From contig CAVSIV010000002.1 in assembly GCA_963728205.1 (NCBI GenBank), positions 544,001-608,000 of the forward strand: a stretch of 64,000 bases of DNA. Direction: 5' to 3'. The translations under genes and the position numbers were made by a program. The notes beneath the pieces are model-generated. The model had not been told where the DNA came from. It made no database searches and saw nothing but the letters and a program-made list of their open reading frames with translations. This DNA is from an uncultured Chloroflexia bacterium. Its GTDB lineage: Bacteria > Chloroflexota > Dehalococcoidia > UBA2979. Shown in pieces: positions 22,652 to 32,818 of this stretch (its first letter is position 1; each line of letters starts with the position of its first letter).

Positions 22652-23853
22652 CAGGGCGACTCTACACGCGCCGAGCGGCTGCCGTCGCGCCAGCGGATCG
22701 CGATCCGGTCGCCGTCCGCGACGTCGGCCGCGGCCGTCACGACGCGCCCGTCGGCGGCGGAGACGATGGCGTATCCGCGCTCCAGCGTGTGCATCGGCGA
22801 GAGCGCCTGGACGCGGCTCGCGAGCCGCGACACCGCCTCGCGCGCGCGCGTCGTCGCCGCACTCGCCGCGCCGCGCATCAGCTCAGCGTGCATCGCGAGC
22901 TCGTGCCGCAGCCGGCCCACGTCCGGCAGCCGGCGCTCCATCGCCGTGGCCCGTCGCGCGACGTCGTTGCGGGCGGCGTCGACCCGGCGCGCGAGCCGCT
23001 GCTGATGGTGCCGCTGCATCGCCGCGATTCCCTGCAGCACCTCGACGCGGTCGGGCGCGGCGAGCTCGGCCGCGGCCGAGGGCGTCGGCGCGCGCATGTC
23101 GGCGACGAGGTCCGCCAGCGAGACGTCTGTCTCGTGCCCGACGGCCGAGACCACCGGCACGGGACAGCCGAAGATCGCGCGCACGACCGGCTCCTCGTTG
23201 AACGCCCACAGGTCCTCGGCCGACCCGCCGCCGCGCCCGACGATCACGAGGTCGGGCCATGCTTCGGGCCGGTTGCGCGGCGCGATGGCGCGGATCGCCT
23301 CCGCGATCAGCACCGGCGCCTCCTCGCCCTGCACCGGCGCCGGCGCGAAGACGATCGTCGCGAGCGGCCACCGCCGCTCGAGCACCGTCTGGATGTCGTG
23401 CAGCGCCGCCCCGCGCGCCGACGTCACGACGCCGATGCGGCGCGGGAAGCGCGGCAGTCGCCGCTTCCGCTCGACCGCGAACAGGCCCTCTTCCTCGAAC
23501 GCCGCGCGCCGCCGCTCGAACTCCGCCGCCAGCGCACCCACGCCGGCCGGCTGCACGAAGTCGACGATGAACTGCAGGTCGCCGCGCTGCTCGTAAACCG
23601 ACACCGCGCCGTGCACGATGAGGGACGCGCCCGACTCGATGCGGTCGCGCTGTCCCACGTTCTTGCCGCGGAAGAAGACGCAGCGCAGCGCGCCGCCCTG
23701 GTCCTTGAGCGTGAAGTAGATGTGCCCCGACGAGGCGAGCGTGAGGTTCGAGATCTCGCCGGCGACCCACAGGTCGCCGAGCTGGCGGTCCTGCTCCACC
23801 AGCACGCGCAGGTAGCGCAGGACCTGCCAGACGGGACGAACCTCGGGCGGCAT
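22651..23853 (-). CDS. xseA: Exodeoxyribonuclease VII large subunit
   Basis: GEISN...SGHIYFTLKD, GRGGGSAEDLWAFNEE, SAVGHETD, TPSAAAE, LERGYA. Confidence 0.96.
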   Translation of the reverse strand: MPPEVRPVWQVLRYLRVLVEQDRQLGDLWVAGEISNLTLASSGHIYFTLKDQGGALRCVFFRGKNVGQRDRIESGASLIVHGAVSVYEQRGDLQFIVDFVQPAGVGALAAEFERRRAAFEEEGLFAVERKRRLPRFPRRIGVVTSARGAALHDIQTVLERRWPLATIVFAPAPVQGEEAPVLIAEAIRAIAPRNRPEAWPDLVIVGRGGGSAEDLWAFNEEPVVRAIFGCPVPVVSAVGHETDVSLADLVADMRAPTPSAAAELAAPDRVEVLQGIAAMQRHHQQRLARRVDAARNDVARRATAMERRLPDVGRLRHELAMHAELMRGAASAATTRAREAVSRLASRVQALSPMHTLERGYAIVSAADGRVVTAAADVADGDRIAIRWRDGSRSARVESP

Positions 23854-23874
23854 CGCGCTCCGCCGAACCGGCCG

Positions 23875-24438
23875 CTAGCCCGTGGCCACGCGCTCGATGT
23901 AGCCGCTGCCGGACGTCGATACCTTGATCGTGTCGCCGGCGTTGATGAACAGCGGGACGTTCACGACGTAGCCGGTCTCGAGCTTCGCCGGCTTCGTCGC
24001 GCCGGTGGCGGTGTCGCCCTTCACACCCGGATCGGACTCCGTGATCTTGAGCTCCACCGCCGCCGGGAGCTCCAGACCGAGCAGCTCGGCGCCGTAGAGC
24101 ACGCCCTGGGCGCTATCGCCCTCCTTGAGGTAGTGCAGCGCGTCCTCGATGATCGCGCGCGGGACCTCCATCTGCTCGAAGGTCTCCGAGTTCATGAAGG
24201 TGTACATCTCGCCGTCGCCGTAGAGGTACTGCACCGGCCGCCGCTCGACGCGCGCGGCGGTGAGCTTCTCCCCGGCGTTGAACGAGCGCTCGATGATGTG
24301 ACCGGCGCGCAGGTCGCGCATCTTCACGCGGTAGACCGCGGACTTCTTCGTCTTGATGTGCTGGACCTCGACGATCTGGTACAGCGTGCCGTCCACCTCG
24401 ACGGACGCGCCCTTCTTCAGGTCGGAAGTGCCGATCAC
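23875..24438 (-). CDS. efp: Elongation factor P (non-canonical loop)
   Basis: DLKKG...DG, QYLY.DG..YTFM, PGVKGDTATGATKPAKLETG, VPLFI; GTG start overlapping the peptidase stop. Confidence 0.95.
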   Translation of the reverse strand: MIGTSDLKKGASVEVDGTLYQIVEVQHIKTKKSAVYRVKMRDLRAGHIIERSFNAGEKLTAARVERRPVQYLYGDGEMYTFMNSETFEQMEVPRAIIEDALHYLKEGDSAQGVLYGAELLGLELPAAVELKITESDPGVKGDTATGATKPAKLETGYVVNVPLFINAGDTIKVSTSGSGYIERVATG

Positions 24439-25535
24439 CGTGTGACCCCCATCTCCAGGTCGAGTTTCGGCGCCGTGGAGATCGGCCGCAGGCGGCCGCC
24501 TTCCATGACGCATTGATCTTCGATGCGCACCCCGCCCCAGCCGGGGATGTAGATGCCGGGCTCGACCGTGACCACGTGGCCGTCCGCCAGCACGTCCTCC
24601 GAGAACGGCGACAGCCGCGGGTCCTCGTGGATCTCCAGCCCGACGCCGTGGCCGAGCCCGTGCCCGAAGTGATCGCCGTGCCCGGCGTCCGCGATGATCT
24701 GCTGCGCGATCAGGTGCGCGTCGCGGCCGGTCATCCCGGCCTCGATGCGCTCCTCGGCCATCGTCTGCGCGGTGAGCACGACGTCGTAGACGCGCTTGAA
24801 CTGGTCGTCGGGCTCGCCGAGGAAGACGGTGCGGGTGAGGTCCGAGCAGTAGCCGTCGACGACCACGCCCATGTCGATCACGACGCCCTGGCCGGCCTGC
24901 AGCGGCTCGTCGCTCGCGCGCCAGTGGGGGAGCGAGCCGTGCGGTCCGCCGCCGACAATCGTGTCGAACGACATCGACTCCGCGCCGTGCTCAATGGCAT
25001 AGTGCTCGATCGCCCGGGCGAGCTGACGCTCCGTCATCCCGGGCTCGATCACCGACAGCCCGTGCACGAGCGCCGCGTCGCCGAGCAGCACCGCGCGCGT
25101 CAGCGCGTCGAGCTCGGCCGGCTCTTTCACCATGCGCAGGTCCTCGACGGCATGCGGCGCCGGGACGAGCTGCGGGCGCGAGTGGGCGGGCAGGTCCGCG
25201 ATCGCGCGCGTCCACTGCTCGTACGCGGCAACGGTCATGTCCGCGGGCTCGAAGCCGACGCGCATGCCCGCCGTGCCCTCGAGCAGCGCGGGCGCCGTCC
25301 CGGTCGTGGCGCCGGCGACCTTGACGAGCGTGAAGTGCGGCGCCTGGCGGCCCACCTGCTCCCAGTAGCGCGAGTCCGTGGCGAACAGCGCGGTGTCGCG
25401 CGTGACGAGCAGCACCCCGGCGCTGCCGGTGAAGCCGGACACCCAGCGGCGGCTGACCGGGTTCGTGACCAGCAGCGCGTCGACCGCGAGCGCTTCGAAG
25501 CGGGCGCGCAGGCGCTCCAGCCGGGCGACGCTCAC
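24435..25535 (-). CDS. Xaa-Pro aminopeptidase (M24 family)
   Basis: [36 protein letters not shown]; GTGA overlap with aroQ. Confidence 0.93.
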   Translation of the reverse strand: MSVARLERLRARFEALAVDALLVTNPVSRRWVSGFTGSAGVLLVTRDTALFATDSRYWEQVGRQAPHFTLVKVAGATTGTAPALLEGTAGMRVGFEPADMTVAAYEQWTRAIADLPAHSRPQLVPAPHAVEDLRMVKEPAELDALTRAVLLGDAALVHGLSVIEPGMTERQLARAIEHYAIEHGAESMSFDTIVGGGPHGSLPHWRASDEPLQAGQGVVIDMGVVVDGYCSDLTRTVFLGEPDDQFKRVYDVVLTAQTMAEERIEAGMTGRDAHLIAQQIIADAGHGDHFGHGLGHGVGLEIHEDPRLSPFSEDVLADGHVVTVEPGIYIPGWGGVRIEDQCVMEGGRLRPISTAPKLDLEMGVTR

Positions 25536-25975
25536 GCCGACGCCTCGTCGGTCAGCCGCCCGTACAGCAGGTCGAGCGCGGCGAGATAGCTGCGGAAACC
25601 GAACCCCGCGATCTGCCCCCACGCCACACGGGAGAGGTACGAGTGGTGACGAAACTCCTCGCGCGCGTGGATGTTCGAGAGGTGCACCTCGACGACCGGC
25701 ACGGCGACCGCCTCGACCGCGTCGGCGATGGCCAGCGATGTGTGGGTGAGCGCCCCGGCGTTCACGATCATGCCGTCCCAGTCTCGGTGCGCATGGATCG
25801 TGTCGATCAACTCGCCCTCGTGGTTCGACTGGAAGAACGCGACCTCGACCCCGAGCTTCTCCGCGCGCGCCCGGACCAGCAGCTCGATGTCCTTGAGTGT
25901 CTGCAGTCCGTAGATCTCGGGCCGCCGACTGCCGAGCAGGTTCAGGTTCGGCCCGTTCAGGACGAGAACGCGCAT
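25532..25975 (-). CDS. aroQ: Type II 3-dehydroquinate dehydratase
   Basis: [33 protein letters not shown]. Confidence 0.97.
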   Translation of the reverse strand: MRVLVLNGPNLNLLGSRRPEIYGLQTLKDIELLVRARAEKLGVEVAFFQSNHEGELIDTIHAHRDWDGMIVNAGALTHTSLAIADAVEAVAVPVVEVHLSNIHAREEFRHHSYLSRVAWGQIAGFGFRSYLAALDLLYGRLTDEASA

Positions 25976-26027
25976 GCCTGTCTCCCTGCCGTGGAGGGCC
26001 CGCCCCTCGCTCGCAGTCTACCGTCTG

Positions 26028-27023
26028 CTACCCGCCGCCGCGCCCGCGTCGCTCCGCGTCAATCTCGCGCGCGCGGCGCATCGCCGCGTCGATCAGCGAG
26101 GCGTGCTTGCGCTGCGCGACCGAGGTGTAGATCTGGGTCGTGTCGACCGAGCTGTGGCCGAGCAGATGCTGCACCACGCGCAGGTCGGCGTCGCCTTCGA
26201 GCATATGGGTCGCAAAGGTATGGCGCAGCAGGTGCGGGTGCAGCGGCTGCAGGATGCCGGCCTGCGTCCCGGAGCGCCGCACGATGGTCTGAACCGACCG
26301 CACGGACAGCCTCCCGCCGGAGCGATTCACGAAGACGGCCGGCTGCGGCCCCTCCAAGAGCGCGGGCCGGCCGCGCTCGAAGTACGCCTCGAGCGCGGCC
26401 CGCGCGGGGTCGCCGAACAGGCAGATCCGCGTCTTGTCGCCTTTGCCGGTGACCCGCACCTGGCGGTTCACGGCGTCGACGTCGTGCATCTCCAGGCCGG
26501 CGAGCTCGCTCACGCGCAGGCCGGCGGCGTAGAGCAACTCGAGGATGGCGCGGTCGCGCAGCCCCGCGGGCGTGTCGGCGTCCGGCGCGTCGACGAGCCG
26601 CGCGGCCTCGTCCGTCGAGAGGAAGTGCGGCAGGCGCCGCGTGGCCTTCGGGTAGCGCAGGCGCAGCATGGAGTCGCCCGGCCGCGCCTCCAGCGTCACC
26701 CCGTCGGCGTCGAGCCAGCCGTAGAACGTGCGCATCGTGGTGGCGCGGCGCTTGATCGAGGCATCGGCCACGCCGCGCCGCTCGCGCAGCTCCGCGAGGT
26801 AGGCGCGCCCGAGCGCGCGGCCGGCGGCGAGGAAGGGGACCTCGCGTTGCGTGACATAACTCAGAAAGTCACCGAGGTCGGTGCGGTAGTTGCGCAGCGT
26901 GTGCTCGGAGCGGCGACGAACGTCGCGCAGATAGGCGAGGTAGCGGTCGAGCGCGGCGCGTGCCTCGGGCGACGGGGCGGGCGGCGGTGCTGCGGCGGCG
27001 GGATCGCGTCGCGCGGATGCCAT
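26028..27023 (-). CDS. xerC: Tyrosine recombinase XerC/XerD
   Basis: Intact catalytic residues: GLRVSE, GKG.K.R, HLLRH, LLGH, TQIY; conserved dprA-topA-xerC order. Confidence 0.88.
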   Translation of the reverse strand: MASARRDPAAAAPPPAPSPEARAALDRYLAYLRDVRRRSEHTLRNYRTDLGDFLSYVTQREVPFLAAGRALGRAYLAELRERRGVADASIKRRATTMRTFYGWLDADGVTLEARPGDSMLRLRYPKATRRLPHFLSTDEAARLVDAPDADTPAGLRDRAILELLYAAGLRVSELAGLEMHDVDAVNRQVRVTGKGDKTRICLFGDPARAALEAYFERGRPALLEGPQPAVFVNRSGGRLSVRSVQTIVRRSGTQAGILQPLHPHLLRHTFATHMLEGDADLRVVQHLLGHSSVDTTQIYTSVAQRKHASLIDAAMRRAREIDAERRGRGGG

Positions 27024-27089
27024 GGCGCGCCTGGTTCCACCCCGCCCAGAGCGCTCGGTCTGCGTGCTCAGGCTAGCAGAGCGCGCCGG

Positions 27090-27317
27090 TTAAGGCTGCG
27101 GCCGCGGGCGGCGACGCAGGAGACGGCGCACGACGCGCCAGCCCGCCGACAGCAGGAAGAACATGCCGGCGACGAAGAACAAGCCGCCGAGCAACCACGC
27201 GGCCATCGCCGCGAACAGCCGGCGAATCGCCGAGCGCAGCGCCAGCGCCGACAGCACGAAGGCCACGACGGCGAGCACGACGCGGCCGGCGGCACCGAGC
27301 GCCGGCCGCCCGGTCAC
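27090..27317 (-). CDS. Small two-TM membrane protein
   Basis: 75 aa, two hydrophobic helices, Arg-rich tail; GTGA overlap with topA stop; GGAGG upstream. Confidence 0.55.
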   Translation of the reverse strand: MTGRPALGAAGRVVLAVVAFVLSALALRSAIRRLFAAMAAWLLGGLFFVAGMFFLLSAGWRVVRRLLRRRPRPQP

Positions 27318-30112
27318 GCCGACCTCCGCTTCCGCGCGCCGCCCGACGCGTTATTGCGCGTCGACGGTCGCCGCGTGCGTTTCGGTGCGCGCGGGTCCTT
27401 GCCCTCCGAGCGGAGCTTCTCTTCGCGGCGAGCGAGCAGGTCAATCGCATCCTCGAGGCTGAGCAGCGACGGGTCGCGCCCCTTGGGGACGGACGCGTTC
27501 ACGGTGCCGTCGGTGACGTACGGGCCGAAGCGGCCGGAGCGCACGGTAATCGGCTCGCCGCTGTCCGGATGCTTGCCGAGCTCCGCCATCACCTGCGGAC
27601 CACGCGGCGCGCCGCGCCCCGCCCGGGGCTGTGCGAGCAGCGCGAGCGCCTCGTCGAGCGTGACCGTCGCGAGCTGCTCGTGGCCGCCCTCGAGGCTGCG
27701 GTACTCGTTGCCCATGCGCACGTACGGTCCGCGCGGACCGTCCTGCGCGGTGATCGGCTCTCCACTCTCCGGGTGCGTGCCCAGCACCTTCGGGAACGAC
27801 AGCAGCAGCTTCGCCTGATCGAGAGTCAGCGTCTCCATCGACATCGTCGGCCAGAGGCTGGCACGGCGCGGCTTCGGCTGGTCCTTCGCCGCCTTGCCCT
27901 TCGCCGGCGGCGGGTCCTCGCCGAGCTGGACGTACGGGCCGTAGCGGCCGGTCTTCAGGTAGATGGGCTCGCCCGTCTCGTCGTCCTCACCGAGCACGCG
28001 GTCGCCGAGCTTCTCGTGCTCGAGCAGGCGCAGCGCCTCCTCCAGCGTCAGCTCGTCGGGCGCGAGGTCGTCGGGGAGCGATGCACGCTCGTCGCTGTCG
28101 TCGGCCTGCACGTAGGCGCCGTAGCGGCCGACGCGCACCGCGACGGTGCGCCCCTGCGCGTCCTGCCCGAGCGGGATCGACGACACGGCCCGCGCGTCGA
28201 TCGCCTCCCAGCTGTCGCCGATCGTCGCCTTCAGGCCGTCGTGCCGGAGGTGGTCGCCGGCCGGCGAGTCGGGGTTGCCGAAGTAGAACTCGCGCAGCCA
28301 CGGGCGGGCCTCGATGCGCCCTTCGGCAATCTCGTCGAGCGAGTCCTCCATGCGCGCGGTGAAGTCGAGGTCGACCAGCTCGGGGAAGTGCTGCTCGAGC
28401 AGGTTGATCACGGCGAACGCGGTGAAGGTCGGGACGAGCGCGTTGCCCTTCTTCCAGACGTAGCCGCGGTCCTGGATGGTCTGGATGATCGACGCGTAGG
28501 TCGACGGCCGGCCGATGCCGCGCTCCTCGAGCTCGCGGATCAGGCTCGCCTCGGTCCAGCGCGCCGGCGGCTGCGTCTCGTGGCCGCGCGGCGTCGTCGC
28601 CGTCGCGTCGAGCTCCTGGCCCTGGCGCAGCGGCGGCAGCACGCGCTCCTGGTCCTCGAGCTCCGCGTCCGGGTCGTCTGAGCCTTCGACGTACGCGCGC
28701 AGGAACCCGGGGAACGTGATCACCTTGCCCGACGCCTGCAGCACGGCGGTGCCGTGCTCGCCGGCATCCGCCTGCAGCCGCACCTGCGTGCGCAGACCGG
28801 TCGCGTCCCGCATCTGCGACGCGACCGTGCGCTTCCAGACGAGGTCGTACAGGCGCATCGCGTCCGCGTCGAGCTCGGAGCGCAGGCTCTCGGGCGTGCG
28901 GAAGATGTCGCCGGCCGGGCGGATCGCCTCGTGCGCCTCCTGGGCGCCCTTCGTGCTCGACGCGTAGCGGCGCGGCTGATCCGGGACGTACTCGTTGCCG
29001 TACAACGACGACGCCTGCCGCCGCGCCGCGCCGACCGCCTGCTCGGACAGGTTCGTCGAGTCGGTGCGCATGTAGGTGATGTAGCCGTTCTCGTAGAGGC
29101 GCTGCGCGACCTGCATCGTGCGCTGCACGCTGTACCGCAGCTTGCGTGCGGCTTCCTGCTGCAGGGTCGACGTGATGAACGGCGCGGGCGCGCGCTGCGT
29201 GTAGGGGCGCTCGTTGACCTCCGTGACGCTGAACGCCGCCGGCTCCAGCACGCGCGCGACGGCGGTCGCCCGGGTTTCGTCGAGGAGCGCGACGGCGGCG
29301 GCGTCCGTGAGCTCGCCGGTGGTCGAGTCGAAGTCGCGGCCGCTGGCGACGCGCCGCCCGTCCAGCTCGACGAGGCGCGCGAACACGCTCTCCTCGCGGC
29401 CGTCGCGCGTGTGCAGCGTCGCCTCGACGTCCCAGTACGCGCCCTGGCGGAAGCGCATCCGCGCGCGTTCGCGCTCGACGATCAGCCGCAACGCGGCGGA
29501 CTGCACGCGGCCGGCCGACAGGCGCGGCTTCACCTTGCGCCATAGCACCGGCGAGACCTCGTACCCGAAGAGGCGATCGAGGATGCGCCGCGCCTCCTGC
29601 GCGTCGACCAGCTGCTCGTCGACCTGGCGCGGGTTCGCGAGCGCGGCCTCGATCGCCGGGCGAGTGATCTCGTGGAACACCATGCGGTGGACGGGGACCT
29701 TCGGCTGCAGCACCTCGCGCAGGTGCCAGGCGATGGCCTCGCCCTCGCGGTCCTCATCAGTGGCGAGGTAGAGCTCGTCGGCGTCGCCCAGCAGCTTCTT
29801 CAGCTTCGTGACCTGCTGCTTCTTCGTGCTCGGCACGACGTACAGCGGCTCGAAGTCGTGATCGACGTCCACGCCGAGGCGCGCCCACGGCTCGCCCTTG
29901 ACCTTCGCGGGGATCTCGCTGGCCGTGGACGGGAGGTCGCGGATGTGGCCGATCGAGGACTCGACGACGTAGTCGGGTCCGAGGAACTGGCCAATCGTAC
30001 GGGCCTTGGCCGGCGACTCGACGATCACGAGCCGGGTCGGCGTCCGCCCGTTCGAGCGTGCGCGAGAGCGCGCCGGCCCTGTGGCTGCGTCAGTCGTCAA
30101 ACCGGCTCTCAC
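27314..30112 (-). CDS. topA: DNA topoisomerase I with C-terminal Toprim_C repeats
   Basis: LVIVESPAKA, ATDEDREGEAI, SAGRVQS, ITYMRTDS, GIGRPSTY, repeated GRYGPYV; start 30112 or 30100. Confidence 0.97.
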   Translation of the reverse strand: MRAGLTTDAATGPARSRARSNGRTPTRLVIVESPAKARTIGQFLGPDYVVESSIGHIRDLPSTASEIPAKVKGEPWARLGVDVDHDFEPLYVVPSTKKQQVTKLKKLLGDADELYLATDEDREGEAIAWHLREVLQPKVPVHRMVFHEITRPAIEAALANPRQVDEQLVDAQEARRILDRLFGYEVSPVLWRKVKPRLSAGRVQSAALRLIVERERARMRFRQGAYWDVEATLHTRDGREESVFARLVELDGRRVASGRDFDSTTGELTDAAAVALLDETRATAVARVLEPAAFSVTEVNERPYTQRAPAPFITSTLQQEAARKLRYSVQRTMQVAQRLYENGYITYMRTDSTNLSEQAVGAARRQASSLYGNEYVPDQPRRYASSTKGAQEAHEAIRPAGDIFRTPESLRSELDADAMRLYDLVWKRTVASQMRDATGLRTQVRLQADAGEHGTAVLQASGKVITFPGFLRAYVEGSDDPDAELEDQERVLPPLRQGQELDATATTPRGHETQPPARWTEASLIRELEERGIGRPSTYASIIQTIQDRGYVWKKGNALVPTFTAFAVINLLEQHFPELVDLDFTARMEDSLDEIAEGRIEARPWLREFYFGNPDSPAGDHLRHDGLKATIGDSWEAIDARAVSSIPLGQDAQGRTVAVRVGRYGAYVQADDSDERASLPDDLAPDELTLEEALRLLEHEKLGDRVLGEDDETGEPIYLKTGRYGPYVQLGEDPPPAKGKAAKDQPKPRRASLWPTMSMETLTLDQAKLLLSFPKVLGTHPESGEPITAQDGPRGPYVRMGNEYRSLEGGHEQLATVTLDEALALLAQPRAGRGAPRGPQVMAELGKHPDSGEPITVRSGRFGPYVTDGTVNASVPKGRDPSLLSLEDAIDLLARREEKLRSEGKDPRAPKRTRRPSTRNNASGGARKRRSA

Positions 30113-30138
30113 TCTCCGGACCGGGCGGCGCGGCGTGC

Positions 30139-31299
30139 CTACGGGGTCCCGAAACCAGGGGCGTTCTCGCGAACGCGGACGTACTGCATGCCCCCGACGG
30201 CGCGCGCCAGCCCCTTCAACTCAAGCATTGCGAGCGTACCGGACACCGTGGCTGCGGCCAAACCGCTCCTGCGCACGAGGTCGTCGACGTGCCGTGGCTC
30301 CAGCGTGAGCGACTCGAGCACGGCGTGCTCCTGCGGATTCGCCGGCGGCGCCAGGTGCCCGAAGTCCAGCTGCGCTCCGATCATCGTGAGGTTGAGCGCC
30401 TCCAGCACGTCCTCGGCTCCCGTCACCGGCGTCGCGCCGTCGCGCAGCAGCCCCAGCGGCCCGCGCGACTGGGGCGAGAAGATCGAGCCCGGGACGACGA
30501 ACACCTCGCGCCCCTGCTCGAGGGCGAACTTCGCCGTGATCATCGCGCCGGACGTGTGATCGCCCTCGATCACGAGCGTACCGAGCGTGAGGCCGGAGAG
30601 GATGCGGTTGCGCCGCGGGAAGAACTCGGCGCGCGGGCGGGTGCCGAGCGGGTAGTCGGTGAGCAGCGCGCCGCGCTCCTCGATCTCGGCGGCGAGGTTG
30701 CGGTTCTCCGGCGGATAGATCGTGTCGAGCCCGCTGGCGAAGACGGCGACGGTGCGGCCACCCACCTCGAGCGCCGCGCGGTGCGCAATGGTGTCGACGC
30801 CGCGCGCGAGGCCCGACACGATCGTGATCCGGTTCGCGGCGAGACCGCGCGCGAGCTCGCCGGCCGCCTGGCGGCCGTACGCGGTCGCCCGGCGCGTGCC
30901 GACGATCGCGACGCTCCACTCGTCGTCGCTGGTCCAGGCGCCACGGGCGTAGAGGAGCGGCGGCGCGTCGTCAATCTCGCGGAGGCGGGCGGGGTAGTCG
31001 GGGTCGCTCCGTGCGAGCGGGCGCACGCCGGCGGCGGCGAGCCGCTCCAGCTCGCCCGCCGGGTCGATCGCCGCGCGCGCCGAGACGAGCGCGGCAGCGG
31101 AGCGATCGTCCAGCCCGGCCGCGAGGAGCTCGCCGCGCGACGCGCGCCATGCCGCCTCCAGCGACGGGAAGCCGCGCTCGAGCACCCCGAAGCGCACCGC
31201 GCCCAGCCGGCGCACACGGTGCAGCGCCACGCGGTACGCGAGGTCCTCGGGCGGCCCCGCCGCGGGCGCCGACGCGGGTTCGGGCAATCGCAGGCTCAT
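30139..31299 (-). CDS. dprA: DNA-processing protein DprA
   Basis: AIVGTR..T.YG, IVSGLARGVD..AH, FPRRNRILSGL, SGAMITA, GREVF. Confidence 0.96.
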   Translation of the reverse strand: MSLRLPEPASAPAAGPPEDLAYRVALHRVRRLGAVRFGVLERGFPSLEAAWRASRGELLAAGLDDRSAAALVSARAAIDPAGELERLAAAGVRPLARSDPDYPARLREIDDAPPLLYARGAWTSDDEWSVAIVGTRRATAYGRQAAGELARGLAANRITIVSGLARGVDTIAHRAALEVGGRTVAVFASGLDTIYPPENRNLAAEIEERGALLTDYPLGTRPRAEFFPRRNRILSGLTLGTLVIEGDHTSGAMITAKFALEQGREVFVVPGSIFSPQSRGPLGLLRDGATPVTGAEDVLEALNLTMIGAQLDFGHLAPPANPQEHAVLESLTLEPRHVDDLVRRSGLAAATVSGTLAMLELKGLARAVGGMQYVRVRENAPGFGTP

Positions 31300-31486
31300 C
31301 GCCCAGCAGGCTACGCAGTGCAGGGGTCGCGGGTTGCGGGGCGCGGCCCGGAAACGTGCGGGGCCGACACCGCGACCTTGCGGGCGCCTTGCGGGCCGCG
31401 GCCCGCGAGGCGAGCGGTTCGTCGGGGTACCGCGCAGCCGGAAGCAGCGCCTTGGCCGCCCCCGCTCGCCTCCAGCGCGGTCGGCG

Positions 31487-32818
31487 CTACTGCGCTCGCG
31501 ATGCCTCCGGCTCGGCGGAGTCCACGGCGCCCTCCCGCTCGGGATCGCCGACGCGGATGCGCGTCACGCGCACCTTCTTGATCCGCCGGCCCAGGATCGA
31601 GAGCACCCGCAGCGACAGCGCCTCGCCCGGCTCGTGGTCCTCCGCGTCGCGCGTCACCACCTCGTCGCCGGGAACCGCCAATCGCCCGAGCAGCGTCACC
31701 ACCAGCCCGCCCACCGTGTCGAAGTCCTCCGATGCGATGTCCGTGTCGAACTGCTCGTTCAGCTCGTCAATCGTCAGGCGCGCATCGACGATCGCCTCGT
31801 CCTCCGAGATCGCCTGGACGTCGACCTCGTCCACGTCGTACTCGTCGCTGATCTCGCCGACAATCTCCTCGAGCAGGTCCTCGACGGTCACGACGCCGGC
31901 CGTGCCGCCGTACTCGTCGACCGCGATTGCCATGTGGACCTGGTCGCGGCGCATGTCGGCCAGCAGCTCGTTCGCGCGCTTCGTCTCCGGCACGAAGTAG
32001 GGCGGCCGCGCGATGTCGCGCAGGCTCGGCCGGATGTCGCCGGCCTGCAGGAACGCCAGCAGGTCCTTCGCGTAGATCACGCCGACGATGCGGTCGAGCG
32101 ATTCCTCGTAGAGCGGGATGCGGCTGAAGCCGGAGTCGATGATCACGCGCATCACGTCGGGCACCGACGCGTCGACGTCGATGGCGGTGAGGTCCGTGCG
32201 CGGGGTCATCAACTCGCGCACCGTCTGCTCGGACATCTCGAGCACGCCGCGCATCATGCGCCGCTCCTCGGCGAGCGAGGTGTCCTCGGGCTCCAGCTCG
32301 AGGAGCGCGGCGAGCTCCTCGCTCGGATCGTGCTCGCCCGTGGCGGCGCGCCCGGCGATGCGCAGCAGCGCGTTCGACGGCGCGGAGGCGAGCCAGGCGA
32401 GCGGCATGAACAGCAGCTGCATCGCCGCGATCGGACGCACGAGTCGCAGCCCCCACGACTCCGCCTCGAGCATGACGACCGCGCGCGTGGTCTGCCGCAG
32501 CAGCGTGACGACGACGATCGACACCGCCGCGACGACCACGGTGCCGAGGGCGGTGAGCGACCGGCCGTGCAGCACCGCGTAGCCCGTCGCCACCGTGCCG
32601 ATCACGATCACCGCGCTCGACCCGACGCTGAGGTTGCGCAGCACCTGCTCCCGATGGCGGACGTAGCGATGAAGCAGCGCCGCCAGCCCGTTGGTCGCGC
32701 CATTGCGAACGCGCGCGCGGCTGATGGCGGTGACCCCCGCCTCGGCCGCCGCGATCAGCACGAGCAGCGCGGCGGCGACCGCCAGGATCAGGAGGGTGAC
32801 GAGCAAGCTGGTATCCAA
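31487..32818 (-). CDS. HlyC/CorC (CNNM-CBS) family membrane protein
   Basis: N-terminal TMs, MTPRTD, SGFSRIP, VDEYGGTAGVVTVEDLLEEIVGEI, DTVGG. Confidence 0.92.
   Translation of the reverse strand: MDTSLLVTLLILAVAAALLVLIAAAEAGVTAISRARVRNGATNGLAALLHRYVRHREQVLRNLSVGSSAVIVIGTVATGYAVLHGRSLTALGTVVVAAVSIVVVTLLRQTTRAVVMLEAESWGLRLVRPIAAMQLLFMPLAWLASAPSNALLRIAGRAATGEHDPSEELAALLELEPEDTSLAEERRMMRGVLEMSEQTVRELMTPRTDLTAIDVDASVPDVMRVIIDSGFSRIPLYEESLDRIVGVIYAKDLLAFLQAGDIRPSLRDIARPPYFVPETKRANELLADMRRDQVHMAIAVDEYGGTAGVVTVEDLLEEIVGEISDEYDVDEVDVQAISEDEAIVDARLTIDELNEQFDTDIASEDFDTVGGLVVTLLGRLAVPGDEVVTRDAEDHEPGEALSLRVLSILGRRIKKVRVTRIRVGDPEREGAVDSAEPEASRAQ

Noticed and set aside
26028-27023. Tyrosine recombinase as a prophage or island integrase
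   Set aside because: XerC-like size and motifs, housekeeping dprA-topA context, no att repeats, tRNA or cargo genes.
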